Part shown: piece by piece, positions 1-13,081 of the stretch
How positions within the stretch are numbered: the first letter of the stretch is position 1
Layout: every line of letters starts with the position of its first letter
Source of the DNA: Eledone cirrhosa
Taxonomy: Eukaryota
NCBI GenBank assembly: GCA_964016885.1
Contig: OZ024742.1
Coordinates: forward strand, 275,900,001 to 275,964,000
Length of the DNA stretch: 64,000 nt
Direction: 5' to 3'
Position numbers and translations under genes: made by a program
The notes under the pieces: model-generated
What the model saw: only the letters and a program-made list of their open reading frames with translations
Databases searched by the model: none
What the model was told of the DNA's origin: nothing

Positions 1-1373
1 GGAAACCTGTCGAAAATGACTATCTTTGTAGAAACTTCACCACACCACACCATACTACATCACACCAAGATATTGATTTTGGTGTGACAAATTTTCATCT
101 GGCATTTTTTTTTTTGTTTTTTTTTTGTGCTTACCACCCAATTTGACATAAAAGGTGCTCGCAAATTACTATTTTATGCACATATTATCAATGGTTATGA
201 CATGAAAACCTGATGAAAATGACTAGCTTTGTAGAAAAAAGAGGGAGGATGTGGGTGGAAATACCATTTACAAAGCTAGCCATTTTTTATTGCAGCGGAA
301 GTCATATTTTTTGTTAATATGCTAAAAGCATAGTCCACTGAGAGCTTCTTGGAAGTTGATAGCATATGCAACAATGAATGAAAAATTTTTTTTATAACAT
401 AAATCAAAGTGGAAATTTAAATCCTCACTTATAACAAAGCACACCACAGCACATTAATCTAACCCAATCCACAGCATATACTTCGCCATAACCATACTTC
501 ACTATATGGTAAATTTATTACAGAACACCTACTCCTACCATTTACAAGGATCTGAGTAAGTAAACACTTCATTGACCATCATTTTAAGCCGAATCTCAGT
601 GTAGTTTTAAATTGACCTTTTCATATGATTACACCTCAGTCTTAACTTAATCACCTGTAGATGGATGCTACATGTAATGTTAAAATTAGTTAAACACTGT
701 TTCCCCCTTCTCATCACATGTGGATGCTACATGTGTATTGTTAACATTAATCTAACGTTGTGTCCCCCCCCCCCCCCCACCTCAACATATCATACCACAC
801 CACATCGCACAATATTGTACCACACCAGACCACACATATATATATATATATATATGAGCTCCCCACTCGTTATATTAACTGTATCTCCTCGGTGTTTCGT
901 GAAAGTCTGAGTGATCAGCTATATAATTGTTTACAATTTTTTTTTATATTTAGATGGAAAAGAAGAAAAAGACGACGAAGCAGACAACTAAAATGAAAAT
1001 GACAACAAAGACAAAGAAGACACGGGAAACGAAGATGACGAAAAGAAGAAGAAAGTATGATCTCAGTTCAGTCTAAACCTAATGATTTATAGATATGATC
1101 TTAGTTCAGTCTTAACCTAATGACCTGTAGATACAATCTATTTAGGTTTAACTTAAACATTCAAAGATATTTGTATATACTTTTGTTGATGTTTGACATT
1201 GTTTTTTAGTTATGAAATAGCTTATAAGCTACATTATAGGATCACAGTGCATGAGCACACTGCTCTTTAAATTAATTTTATCTCCTCAGCACTTTGTAAA
1301 GTCTGAGAGATAGGCAACATATATGTTTTACATTCTTTGTTTCTGGTATTTAGATGGCAGAGGAGAAGATAAA

Positions 1374-1480
1374 GGCACAGAAGAAGTCAAAGGCACAGAA
1401 GAAGTCAAAGGCACAGAAGCAGTCAAAGGCACAGAAGCAGTCAAAGGCACAGAAGAAGACAAAGGCACAGAAGAAGACAA
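1374..1480 (+). repeat. 18-bp minisatellite GGCACAGAAGAAGTCAAA (second copy ~5891-5980)
   Basis: About 6 units in the first macro-unit and 5 in the second. Confidence 0.9.
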
Positions 1481-1799
1481 AGAAAATGAACAAGAAGAAC
1501 AATTATTATTACTATTGTTATTGTTATTATTATTTGTATTATTATAATCAAACTAAGCCACACTACATCAACCTATACCATACCACACCACACTGACGGA
1601 CATTATACCATACCTCATTATCCAACACCACACTACGAAACACTGTACGACCTCACATCAGCCCATGCTATGAAACAATATACCATACTACACTATACAA
1701 CAATAGACAACACCACACAAGACTATGAAACACTATACTTTACCACACTATATCACACCACTCAAGTTAGAGAGGATCAACTTTTTTCCTGGAAAGTAG

Positions 1800-3318
1800 A
1801 AAACCTAACTTTAAGCTAAAACCGAACTTTAAAAATAACACTTACCCTAACACTTGCACTCACACATGCTCTAACACTTGCACTCACACATGCTCTAACA
1901 GTGAACTTAGCGCTAACATGAAAACTAACACAAACACAAAATCTGAAAACTAACATTAAATAGAAAACTAACACAAACACTAACCTGAACACTAACACTA
2001 AAACTGACACTAACACTAACCTGAACACCAGCACTAAAACTAACACTACCGTAAACACTAATACAAACACTAACACTAACCTGAATACTTACACTAAAAC
2101 TAACATTAGCACAAACATTAGACTGAACACTAGCACTAAAACTAACACTACCATAAACACTAACACTGACCTGAATACTAACACTAAAAGTAACACTAAC
2201 ACAAACACTAATCAGAAAACTGATACTAACCAGAAAACTAAGCTAACATTAACTTCAACACTAAAACAAACACTAACGCCAACAAAGATACTAACACAAA
2301 TATTAACACAAAAACAAACACTAACACAATCTCTAACACTAACCTCAACACTAACACTAAAACTAACATTAACTTGAACACTAACTCTAAAACTAACATT
2401 AACTTGAACACTAACTCTAACCTGAAAACTAAGCTAACATTACCCTGAACACTAACATAAACACTAATGTTAACACTAACAGAAATACTAATGCTAACAT
2501 TAACGCTAACCTTAACACAAAAACAAAGACTAACGCTAACACAATCACTAACACTAATGGAAACATCAAACACTAATGCTAACAGAGATACTAACACAAA
2601 TATTAACACAAAAACAAATACTAACACTAACACAATCTCTAACACTAACCTTAACACTAAAACTAACACTAACATTAACTTGAACACTAACACTAAAACT
2701 AACACTAACAGAGATACTAACACAAATATTAACACAAAAACAAACACTAATACAATCTCTAACACTAAAACTAACATTAACTTGAACACTAACACTAACC
2801 TGAAAACTAAGCTAACATTAACCTGAACACTAACACAAACACTCATGCTAACACTAACAGAAATACTAATGCTAACATTAACACAAAAACAAAGACTAAC
2901 GCTAACACAATCACTAACACTAATGGAAACATCAATCACTAATGCTAACAGAGATACTAACACAAATATTAACACAAAAACAAACACTAACACAATCTCT
3001 AACACTAAAACTAACACAAACACTAACACTAATCTGAACACTTACACTAAAACTAACATTAACCTAAACACTAGCACTAAAACTAACACTACCATAAACA
3101 CTAACACTGACCTGAGCACTAACACTAAAAGTAACACTAACACAAACACTAATCTGAAAACTGATACTAACCAGAAAACTAAGCTAACATTAACTTCAAC
3201 ACTAAAACAAAAACTAACGCTAACAGAGATACTAACACAAATATTAACACAAAAACAAACACTAACCTCAACACTAACACTAAAACTAACATTAACTTGA
3301 ACACTAACTCTAACCTGA
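1800..3318. repeat. Degenerate (AACACT)n hexamer satellite
   Basis: G-poor AACACT/AAAACT/AACATT repeats with higher-order duplications; these produce the spurious TN/VL ORFs. Confidence 0.95.
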
Positions 3319-3380
3319 ATCACTTCCCGTCCCACCCTTGCAAGCAGGGAAAAGTGGACGTAAAATGATGATGATGATGG
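3319..3380 (+). mobile_element. Short 3' tail of the SINE/RTE family, ending in (ATG)n
   Basis: CCCGTCCCACCCTTGCAAGCAGGGAAAAGTGGACGTAAAATGATGATG matches 10197-10250. Confidence 0.75.
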
Positions 3381-6299
3381 TAAAAGCATAGTCGGCTGTG
3401 AGCATGTTGGAGGTTGGAAAACCATACCACATTAAACTACATCAAACTACACCATACCAAACTACACCATACTACATCACACCATGCTATTAATCTCAGT
3501 GAGAACATTTTTTTTTCTGTGTGTGTGCTTACCACCCAATCTGATATCAAAGGTGCTCACAAATGACTATTTTTTTACACATTATCAATGTATATAACAC
3601 GGAAACCTATCATTTGCAATAGATTCCCATGTCATAACTACAACAATCCAAACCACACCATAACAAACTACACCATTCTACAACACACCATGCTTTTGAT
3701 CTCAGTGTGAAAAATTTTCTTCCTGTTTCTTTTTTTTTTCGTGTGTGATCTTACCACCCAATCTGACATCAAAGGTGCTGCAATTGACTATTTTTCGCAC
3801 ATATTATCAATAATTATGACATGAAAAACTATCGAAAATGACTAGCTTTGTAGAAAAAAGAGGGAGGATGTGGGTGGAAATACCATTTACAAAGCTAGTC
3901 ATTTTTTATTGCAGCGGAAGTCATATTTTTTGCTAATATGCTAAAAGCATAGTCCACTGCGAGCTTCTTGGAAGTTGTATTAGTTGATAGCACATGCAAA
4001 AGTAAAGGAAAAAAATTTTTTCTTACATAAATCAAAGTGGAAATTTAATTCCTTACTTATAACAAAGCACACCACACCACGTTAATCTACCCCAAACCAC
4101 ACCATATCAAACAGCACCATATTATGGTAAATTTATTACAGAACACCTACTCCTATCATTTACATCACACCATTGTATGGACATCAATGTGACAAATTTG
4201 CTACCTGCTTTTTTTTTTATTTTGTGGTTACCACCCAAACTAACATCAAAGGTGCTTGCAAATAACTATTTTCCCACATTATCAATGAATATGACATGGG
4301 AATCTATCGTTTAGAATTGGTTTCCATTTCATAACTTCACCAAAACAGACCACACCATACCAAGTTACACCATACTACATCACACCAAGCTATTAATCTT
4401 GGTGTGAAACAATTTCTTCCCGTTTCCTTTTTTTTTTTGTATGTGTGCTTACCACGCAATCTGACATTAAAGGTGCTACCAATTGACTATTTTTTTTCCA
4501 CTTATCAATAATTATGACATGGAAACCTGTCGAAAATGACTATCTTTGTAGAAACTTCACCAAACTACACCATACTACATCACACCAAGATATTGATTTT
4601 GGTGTGACAAATTTTCATCTGGCATTTATTTTTTTTTTTTTTTTTTTGTGCTTACCACCCAATTTGACATAAAAGGTGTTCACAAATTACTATTTTATGC
4701 ACATATTATCAATGGTTATGACATGGAAACCTGATGAAAATGACTAGCTTTGTAGAAAAAAGAGGGAGGATGTGGGTGGAAATACCATTTACAAAGCTAG
4801 CCATTTTTTATTGCAGCGGAAGTCATATTTTTTGTTAATATGCTAAAAGCATAGTCCACTGAGAGCTTCTTGGAAGTTGATAGCACATGCAAAAATGAAG
4901 GAAAAATTTTTTTTCTAACATAAATCAAAGTGGAAATTTAAATCCTCACTTATAACAAAGCACACCACAGCACATTAATCTACCCCAATCCACAGCATAT
5001 ACTTCGCCATAACCATACTTCACTATATGGTAAATTTATTACAGAACACCTACTCCTACCATTTACAAGGATCTGAGTAAGTAAACACTTCATTGACCAT
5101 CATTTTAAGCCGAATCTCAGTGTAGTTTTATATTGACCTTTTCATATGATTACACCTCAGTCTTAACTTAATCACCTGTAGATGGATGCAACATGTAATG
5201 TTAAAATCAGTTAAACACTGTTTCCCCCCTTCTCATCACATGTGGATGCTACATGTGTATTGTTAACATTAATCTAACGTTGTGTCCCCCCCCCCACCTC
5301 AACATATCATACCACACCACATCGCACAATATTGTACCACACCAGACCACACATATATATATATATATATATGAGCTCCCCACTCGTTATATTAACTGTA
5401 TCTCCTCGGTGTTTCGTGAAAGTCTGAGTGATCAGCTATATAATTGTTTACAATTTTTTTTTATATTTAGATGGAAAAGAAGAAAAAGACGACGAAGCAG
5501 ACAACTAAAATGAAAATGACAACAAAGACAAAGAAGACACGGGAAACGAAGATGACGAAAAGAAGAAGAAAGTATGATCTCAGTTCAGTCTAAACCTAAT
5601 GATTTATAGATATGATCTTAGTTCAGTCTTAACCTAATGACCTGTAGATACAATCTATTTAGGTTTAACTTAAACATTCAAAGATATTTGTATATACTTT
5701 TGTTGATGTTTGACATTGTTTTTTAGTTATGAAATAGCTTATAAGCTACATTATAGGATCACAGTGCATGAGCACACTGCTCTTTAAATTAACTTTATCT
5801 CCTCAGCACTTTGTAAAGTCTGAGAGATAGGCAACATATATGTTTTACATTCTTTGTTTCTGGTATTTAGATGGCAGAGGAGAAGATAAAGGCACAGAAG
5901 AAGTCAAAGGAACAGAAGCAGTCAAAGGCACAGAAGAAGTCAAAGGCACAGAAGAAGACAAAGGCACAGAAGAAGACAAAGAAAATGAACAAGAAGAACA
6001 ATTATTATTACTATTGTTATTGTTATTATTATTTGTATTATTATAATCAAACTAAGCCACACTACATCAACCTATACCATACCACATCAGACTGACAAAC
6101 ATTATACCATACCATATTATCCAACACCACACTACGAAACACTGTACGACCTCACATCAGCCCATGCTATGAAACAATATACCATACTACACTATACAAC
6201 AATAGACAACACCACACAAGACTATGAAACACTATACTTTACCACACTATATCACACCACTCAAGTTAGAGAGGATCAACTTTTTTCCTGGAAAGTAGA

Positions 6300-7259
6300 A
6301 AACCTAACTTTAAGCTAAAACCGAACTTTAAAAATATCACTTACCCTAACACTTGCACTCACATATGCTCTAACACTTGCACTCACACATGCTCTAACAG
6401 TGAACTTAGCACTAACATGAAAACTAACACAAACACAAAATCTGAAAACTAACATTAAATAGAAAACTAACACAAACACTAACCTGAACACTAACACTAA
6501 AACTGACACTAACACTAACCTGAACACCAGCACTAAAACTAACACTACCGTAAACACTAATACAAACACTAACACTAACCTGAATACTTACACTAAAACT
6601 AACATTAGCACAAACATTAGACTGAACACTAGCACTAAAACTAACACTACCATAAACACTAACACTGACCTGAATACTAACACTAAAAGTAACACTAACA
6701 CAAACACTAATCTGAAAACTGATACTAACCAGAAAACTAAGCTAACATTAACTTCAACACTAAAACAAACACTAACGCTAACAAAGATACTAACACAAAT
6801 ATTAACACAATAACAAACACTAACACAATCTCTAACACTAACCTCAACACTAACACTAAAACTAACATTAACTTGAACACTAACTCTAAAACTAACATTA
6901 ACTTGAACACTAACTCTAACCTGAAAACTAAGCTAACATTACCTTGAACACTAACATAAACACTAATGCTAACACTAACAGAAATACTAATGCTAACAGA
7001 GATACTAACACAAATATTAACACAAAAACAAACACTAACACAATCTCTAACACTAAAACTAATATTAACACTAACACTAACCTGAACACTTACACTAAAA
7101 CTAACATTAACTTAAACACTAGCACTAAAACTAACACTACCATAAACACTAACACTGACCTGAGCACTAACACTAAAAGTAACACTAACACAAACACTAA
7201 TCTGAAAACTGATACTAACCAGAAAACTAAGCTAACATTAACTTCAACACTAAAACAAA
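6300..7259. repeat. Second, shorter copy of the (AACACT)n satellite
   Basis: Near-identical to 1800-3210 with an internal deletion. Confidence 0.95.
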
Positions 7260-9142
7260 TGTGTGCTTACCACCCAATCTGACATTAAAGGTGCTCCCAA
7301 TTGACTATTTTTTTTTCACTTATCAATAATTATGACATGGAAACCTGTCGAAAATGACTATCTTTGTAGAAACTTCACCAAACTACACCATACAACATCA
7401 CACCAAGATATTGATTTTGGTGTGACAAATTTTCATCTGGCATTTTTTTTTTTTTTTTTTTATTTTGACATAAAAGGTGCTCGCAAATTACTATTTTATG
7501 CACATATTATCAATGGTTATGACATGGAAACCTGATGAAAATGACTAGCTTTGTAGAAAAAAGAGGGAGGATGTGGGTGGAAATACCATTTACAAAGCTA
7601 GTCATTTTTTATTGCAGCGGAAGTCATATTTTTTGTTAATATGCTAAAAGTATAGTCCACTGCGAGCATCTTGGAAGTTGATAGCACATGGAAAAATGAA
7701 GGAAAAATTTTTTTTCTAACATAAATCAAAGTGGAAATTTAAATCCTCACTTATAACAAAGCACACCACAGCACATTAATCTACCCCAATCCACACCATA
7801 AATTCACCATAACCATACTTCACTATATGGTAAATTTATTACAGAACACCTACTCCTACCATTTACATCACACCATGGTATGGACATCAATGTGACAAAT
7901 TTGCTACCTGCTTTTTTTTTTCTTTGTGGTTCCCACCTCAAACTAACATCAAAGGTGCTTGCAAATGACTATTTCCCACACATTATCAATGAATATGACA
8001 TGGGAATCTATCGTTTACAATTGGTTTCCATTTCATAACTTCCCCAAACCAAACCAAACCACACCATACCAAGTTACACCATACTACATCACACCAAGCT
8101 ATTGATCTTGGTGTGAAACATTTTCTTCCCGTTTCCTTTTTTTTTTTTGTATGTGTGTGCTTACCACCTAATCTGACATTAAAGGTGCTCCCAATTGACT
8201 ATTTTTTTTCCACTTATCAATAATTATGACATGGAAACCTGTCGAAAATGACTATCTTTGTAGAAACTTCACCAAACTACACCATACAACATCATACCAA
8301 GATATTGATTTTGTTGTGACAAATTTTCATCTGGCTTTTTTTTTTTTTTTTTTTTTTTGTGCTTACCACCCAATTTGACATAAAAGGTGCTCGCAAATTA
8401 CTATTTTATGCACATATTATCAATGGTTATGACATGGAAACCTGATTAAAATGACTAGCTTTGTAGAAAAAAGAGGGAGGATGTGGGTGGAAATACCATT
8501 TACAAAGCTAGCCATTTTTTATTGCAGCGGAAGTCATATTTTTTGTTAATATGCTAAAAGCATAGTCCACTGAGAGCTTCTTGGAAGTTGATAGCATATG
8601 CAAAAATGAAGGAAAAATTTTTTTTCTAACATAAATCAAAGTGGAAATTTAAATCCTCACTTATAACAAAGCACACCACAGCACATTAATCTACCCCAAT
8701 CCACACCATATACTTCACCATAACCATACTTCACCATATGGTAAATTTATTACAGAACACCTACTTCTACCATTTACATCACACCAATGCTCGCAGTTTA
8801 CTATTTTTTTCACATATTATGACTGAATATAACTGCGAAACCTATCGTTAATGATTAGCTTTGTAGAAAAATTAAGGCAGAAAGTGGGTAGAAAACCATT
8901 CACAAAGCTAGTCATTTTTAATTGCAGTCGAAATCATATTTGTTGTTAAAATGCTAAAAAAATAGTCAATTGCAAGCATTTTGGAGGTCGGATTAGTTGA
9001 TAGGACATAAAAAAACAAAGGAAAACAAATATTGTCTATATGTTCCTGTGGAAAGTCGGGTCTTCTGTATTACTGTGTGACGCCAGAGGTCATGGTCATG
9101 TGTCATTGCCCTTGAGAGGTGCAATTGGGAATGGTCGGCTTA

Positions 9143-9720
9143 GAAATATTTACTTCTGCGTTCACAGATTGATTTTTTTAGTTTCAGAAGATCCCATTAA
9201 GGGTGAAAGCAGCCGATTCTTTGCTTAAGCTTTAATCTGTTATATTTTTAATAAATATTTGCTCTACGGTTGTTATATATTTGATATATATTTATCCTTA
9301 TCGAACCCTCTTTGGATGTTAGTCTTCAAATTTATTATTATTACTATTGGGCTCCCTTGATTGAGTACGCTATTGACTTATATTCATCATGCAGAAACAT
9401 CTGAATATTCCTACAAAGAACATACCCGCACCAAGCAGGAAGAAATACCTAAAACTACGTCTCCACGAACCAAAGTATCGTCTTCCTGTCTTCCTTCGGT
9501 TGCAACGTTTTTCGAAATATTTACTTCTGCGTTCACAGATTGATTTTTTTTTTTGTTTCAGAAGATCCCATTAAGGGTGAAAGCAGCCGATTCTTTGCTT
9601 CAGCTTTAATCTGTTATTTTAATAAATATTTGCTCTATGGTTCTTATATAATTGATATATATTTATCCCTATCGAGCCATCTTTGGATTTTAGTCTTCAT
9701 ATGTATTATTATTACTAATA
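9143..9720 (+). mobile_element. Direct duplication of ~200 bp; possible Penelope-like pseudo-LTR remnant
   Basis: 9143-9345 repeats at 9515-9718. Both copies carry a degenerate hammerhead-like core, CAGAAGA-tcccattaagggt-GAAA. Confidence 0.4.
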
Positions 9721-9842
9721 TATATATATATTTGTTTCTACTTTAGGCTCAAGGCCAGCAATTACCCAGTTCATTACTGGTACTTTATTTTATCGACCCC
9801 GTAAGGATATATATATATATTGTGTGTATATATTAGTTAATA

Positions 9843-9876
<34 letters not shown>

Positions 9877-9887
9877 CAAAGATATTG

Positions 9888-10250
9888 AGAGCATTGGCCT
9901 TGCAATCGAAAGGTTGTGAGTTCAATTCTCACACCGGGTGATGTGTTGTTTCCTTGAGCAAGACACTTTATTTCACATAGCTCCAGTTTACTCAGCTGTA
10001 GAAATGAGATGATAGGACTGGGGTCCCTATCATTCCACTGCAAAGTGGTCGTGGAGGTGCCACGGCAAAAAAGCACCCAGCCCACACTGTAAAGTGGATG
10101 TGGAGGTGCCATGGGAAAAAAGCACCCAGCACTCACTGTAAATGAGGTTGGTGTTAGGAAGGGCATCCAGCTGTAGAAATCACGCCAGAATCAGTTCCCG
10201 TCCCACCCTTGCAAGCAGGGAAAAAGTGGACGTAAAATGAAATGATGATG
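9888..10250 (+). mobile_element. tRNA-derived SINE with RTE-like 3' tail
   Basis: B-box-like GAGTTCAATTCTC, central CCTTGAGCAAGACACTT, tail AGGAAGGGCATCCAGCTGTAGAAA...ATGATGATG. Confidence 0.8.
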
Positions 10251-10590
10251 AATGCTCCCAGCTGTGGTCACCCAATAGTATCAAACTAACCATGGAGCTT
10301 GAAGCAATCCAATGAAGCTACACCAAGAAGGTTGCCACGATGGAGATAAACTACTGGGAGAGTCTAAAAGAACTGAAACTCTACTCCTTGGAATGAAGAC
10401 GGGAGAGATATGCAATGATATACATATGGAAAATCCTGGGGGAACTAAGACCAAACTTTCGCATTGAGAGCTGGACCAATTCTCGAACAGGACGTCACTG
10501 TATGTTACCAAAGGTCCCGTCTTCCACATCTAGAATCAGGAGCAGCTATTGCAATAGCCTGGGGTTCAAAGGCCCTCAACTTGGTTTCAA
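10251..10590 (+). mobile_element. CR1/L2-like LINE 3' fragment
   Basis: YWESLKELKL...IYIWKILGEL...GRHC...SLGFKGPQL; same family as 14590-15090. Confidence 0.7.
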
Positions 10591-10745
10591 AATTTAAATT
10601 TTTGTTTCCTATTCATCAATGCTTCAAGCAAGCTATAAAACTCTGTTATATTTCACCATCATCATTTTATGTCAGTTCTTCTACACTAGCATGGGTTGTC
10701 CTGTTGTGGGCAGTGTTCGGTCCGCTGACCTTGTCTTGCTCATAC

Positions 10746-11036
10746 GGAAACTGATTCTGTCTTGATTTCTACAGCTGGATGCCCTTCCTCACACCAACCT
10801 CATTTACAGTGAGTGCTGGGTGTTTTTTGTTTTTTTTGCCATGGCACCTCCACGACCACTTTGCAGTGGAATGATAGGGACCCCAGTCCTATCATCTCAT
10901 TTCTACAGCTGAGTAAACTGGAGCAATGTGAAATAAAGTGTCTTGTTCAAGGAAACAACACATCACCCGGTCTGAGAATTAAACTCACAACCTTTCAATT
11001 GCAAGCCCAATGCTCTAACCACTGAGCCATGTGCCT
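10746..11036 (-). mobile_element. tRNA-derived SINE, inverted copy of 9888-10198
   Basis: Reverse-complement match, including the head GGCACATGGCTCAGTGGTTAGAGCATTGG. Confidence 0.85.
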
Positions 11037-11039
11037 TCT

Positions 11040-11957
11040 ATTGTTGGCAATGTTAGGTCAGGTGACCATGTCTTGCTCATAAAGAACTGATTTTGGCTTG
11101 GTTTCTACAGCTGGATGCCCTTCCTAATGCCAAGCTCATTTACAGTGAGTACTGGGTGTTTTTTGTTGTGATTCCTCCACGACTACTTTACAGTGTTTCA
11201 GCCTGTTCTCATGAAAGATATATTGGTGGGTAGGATGGAGTGGTGCATACTGTATGTATGTTTCAGCCTTGGCCTGGGCCCGTGGGAAGTTGGGGTTTCT
11301 GTATTACCTCATAACGCCAGAGCTCTTGGTCCTGTGTCATTGCCTTTCAGAAGTGCAATTGGGCAAGGTCGGCGTTTATCACTTCATCTCGAGTCTTTCT
11401 GGGACTTTATGTAGCTGTCATCCTTCATACGAATCACATGTCCATACCAATATAATCTCCTCTCCTGCACACAACATTTGATTTCTCTTATGCCAAGTTT
11501 CTCTTTCAGTTTGTTTATGCTTTGCTGTCCGTGTATATTACTATTACACATCCATCGGAGGATTCAAGCTTCATTCCTTTCTAATCTACAGCACCCAGCT
11601 CTCACTACCATGCAACATTGCCGTTCATATGCACACATCATACAGTCTACCTTTTATTCTGAGGGAAAAGCCTTTTGTATCCATCTGTGGCAGTAGCTCC
11701 CTCAACTTCTTCCATCCCGTTCTTTCAGAACACCCCCCTCCGCTGCTAATTCGGTATTGTTTTTACCAAGTCCTCCCAGACTTTTATGTCACTTGTTTTC
11801 AGTGATTGTTTGCTGCTTACTGTCCTGGTGCAACTGCTACATGTAAAGCCTACATTCTTAACTAAACTTCCTGAGATCCCACTACATCTCTTGTGTACCC
11901 ATAGTTTGCATATGGGGCAGAGGATGGAGTTTCTACCTACACCTCTCCTACATAATG

Positions 11958-11960
<3 letters not shown>
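11040..11960 (-). mobile_element. RTE-like LINE 3' fragment
   Basis: CSLCRRGVGRNSILCPICKLWVHKRCSGI motif plus a decayed RT C-terminus. Confidence 0.7.
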
Positions 11961-11995
<35 letters not shown>

Positions 11996-12018
11996 CACAC
12001 ACTCACATATAAATATAT

Positions 12019-13055
12019 ACTAGCCGAATTACCAGCGCCTTGCTGCGTTTCACACATTTTTTTTGTAAGACAATGATGATTGATTTTAAATCAGTGATTT
12101 AATTTATGGAGAAAAACTCAATATTACTCAATGTAAAATATAATTGTTTCTACTTTAGGCACAAGGCCAGCAATTACCCAGTGCATTACTGGTACTTTAT
12201 TTTATCGACCCCGTAAGGATGAAAGGCAAAGTCAACCTCGGCGGGATTTGAACTCAGATCGTAAAGGGACGTAACTATGCTGGAAAGCATGGCGTCCGAC
12301 CCTCTACCGATACTGCCAATCCACTCAATGTAAAATATAATGCATGAAAAATTGGAAAACATCGTTTTTTGTAATATATCAAGTCAAAATTGCATTATTA
12401 AATCTTATTTTTATTTTGTTTCTTGTAAATAATTTTTTCAAAATATCAATTGAAAACTTTTGTGAATAGGCATCATATCTTGTCATTTACCTATGGTTTA
12501 AGTTTCATATAAATCGAAAGGGAAAAGTTTTCAGCAGAGGTTTGTACCCCCGGGGAACCCTATTAGGGGGTTTAACCACCATTAAGATGTCTTATAGTAT
12601 TGAAATTTTGTGAATAGGCATCATATCTCTTCATTTATCTATGGTTTAAATTGCATATAAATCGAACCGAAAAAATTTTCAGCGGGGATTTTGCGCCCCC
12701 TGGTGAACCCTAATAGGGGGTTTAACCCCCATTAGGGTATTGTAATTTTATTGAAATTTGCTGAAATGATGTGAATAGGCATCATATCTTGTCGTTTACC
12801 TATGGTTTAAATTTCATATAAATCGAAGGTAAAGTTTCAGTGGCAGTTTTGTGCCCCCGATGAACCCTTTGATTAAAATGAAACATACTTATACAAGTAC
12901 CCTGGGCAATGTAGTTTCAGAATCTATATGGTTATTGGGGTCTATCTCCAAAACCATAGGAGGAGTTCGTAAAATCTTGTTCCATTTATTGGCCAAACTT
13001 TTCACTATAGGGCGTTTAACTCCCATTAGGGTGTCTTAATATTATTGAAATTTGC
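12019..13055 (-). mobile_element. Non-autonomous Helitron/Helentron-like element with ~150-bp internal tandem repeats
   Basis: ACTAG followed by the short hairpin CAGCgccttGCTG (the CTAG 3' end on the minus strand); GTGAATAGGCATCATATCT repeated three times. Confidence 0.55.
12145..12322 (-). mobile_element. tRNA-derived SINE (second family) with 19-bp TSD; other copies at ~9731-9809, 25879-25947, ~48171-48300 and ~60726-60908
   Basis: TSD ACTCAATGTAAAATATAAT at 12126-12144 and 12323-12341; minus-strand B box GAGTTCAAATCCC. Confidence 0.85.
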
Positions 13056-13081
13056 ACACACACATATATATATATATATAT

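Larger units (their letters stand above)
1..9035. repeat. Hierarchical macrosatellite / tandem repeat array
   Basis: GGAAACCTGTCGAAAATGACTATC recurs at 1, 4521, 7339 and 8233: a 4520-bp unit, a deleted second unit, then ~894-bp units. The sub-repeat GTGCTTACCACCCAATCTGACAT-AAAGGTGCT occurs about 11 times. Confidence 0.95.

Noticed and set aside
205-345. CTGATGA before the satellite hairpin as a hammerhead core or snoRNA C box
   Set aside because: No GAAA follows the stem; the motif and the downstream CTGA are not conserved across copies.
1816-3425. Long VL-rich, TN-rich and LT-rich ORFs
   Set aside because: By-products of the AACACT hexamer satellite, which is stop-poor in several frames.
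1-9035. CRISPR-like repeat-spacer array
   Set aside because: The intervening sequences are homologous to each other, the context is eukaryotic and there are no cas genes.
10960-11036. tRNA gene
   Set aside because: A/B boxes belong to a SINE head that continues into SINE body and tail; no full cloverleaf. The same applies to ~19110-19430.
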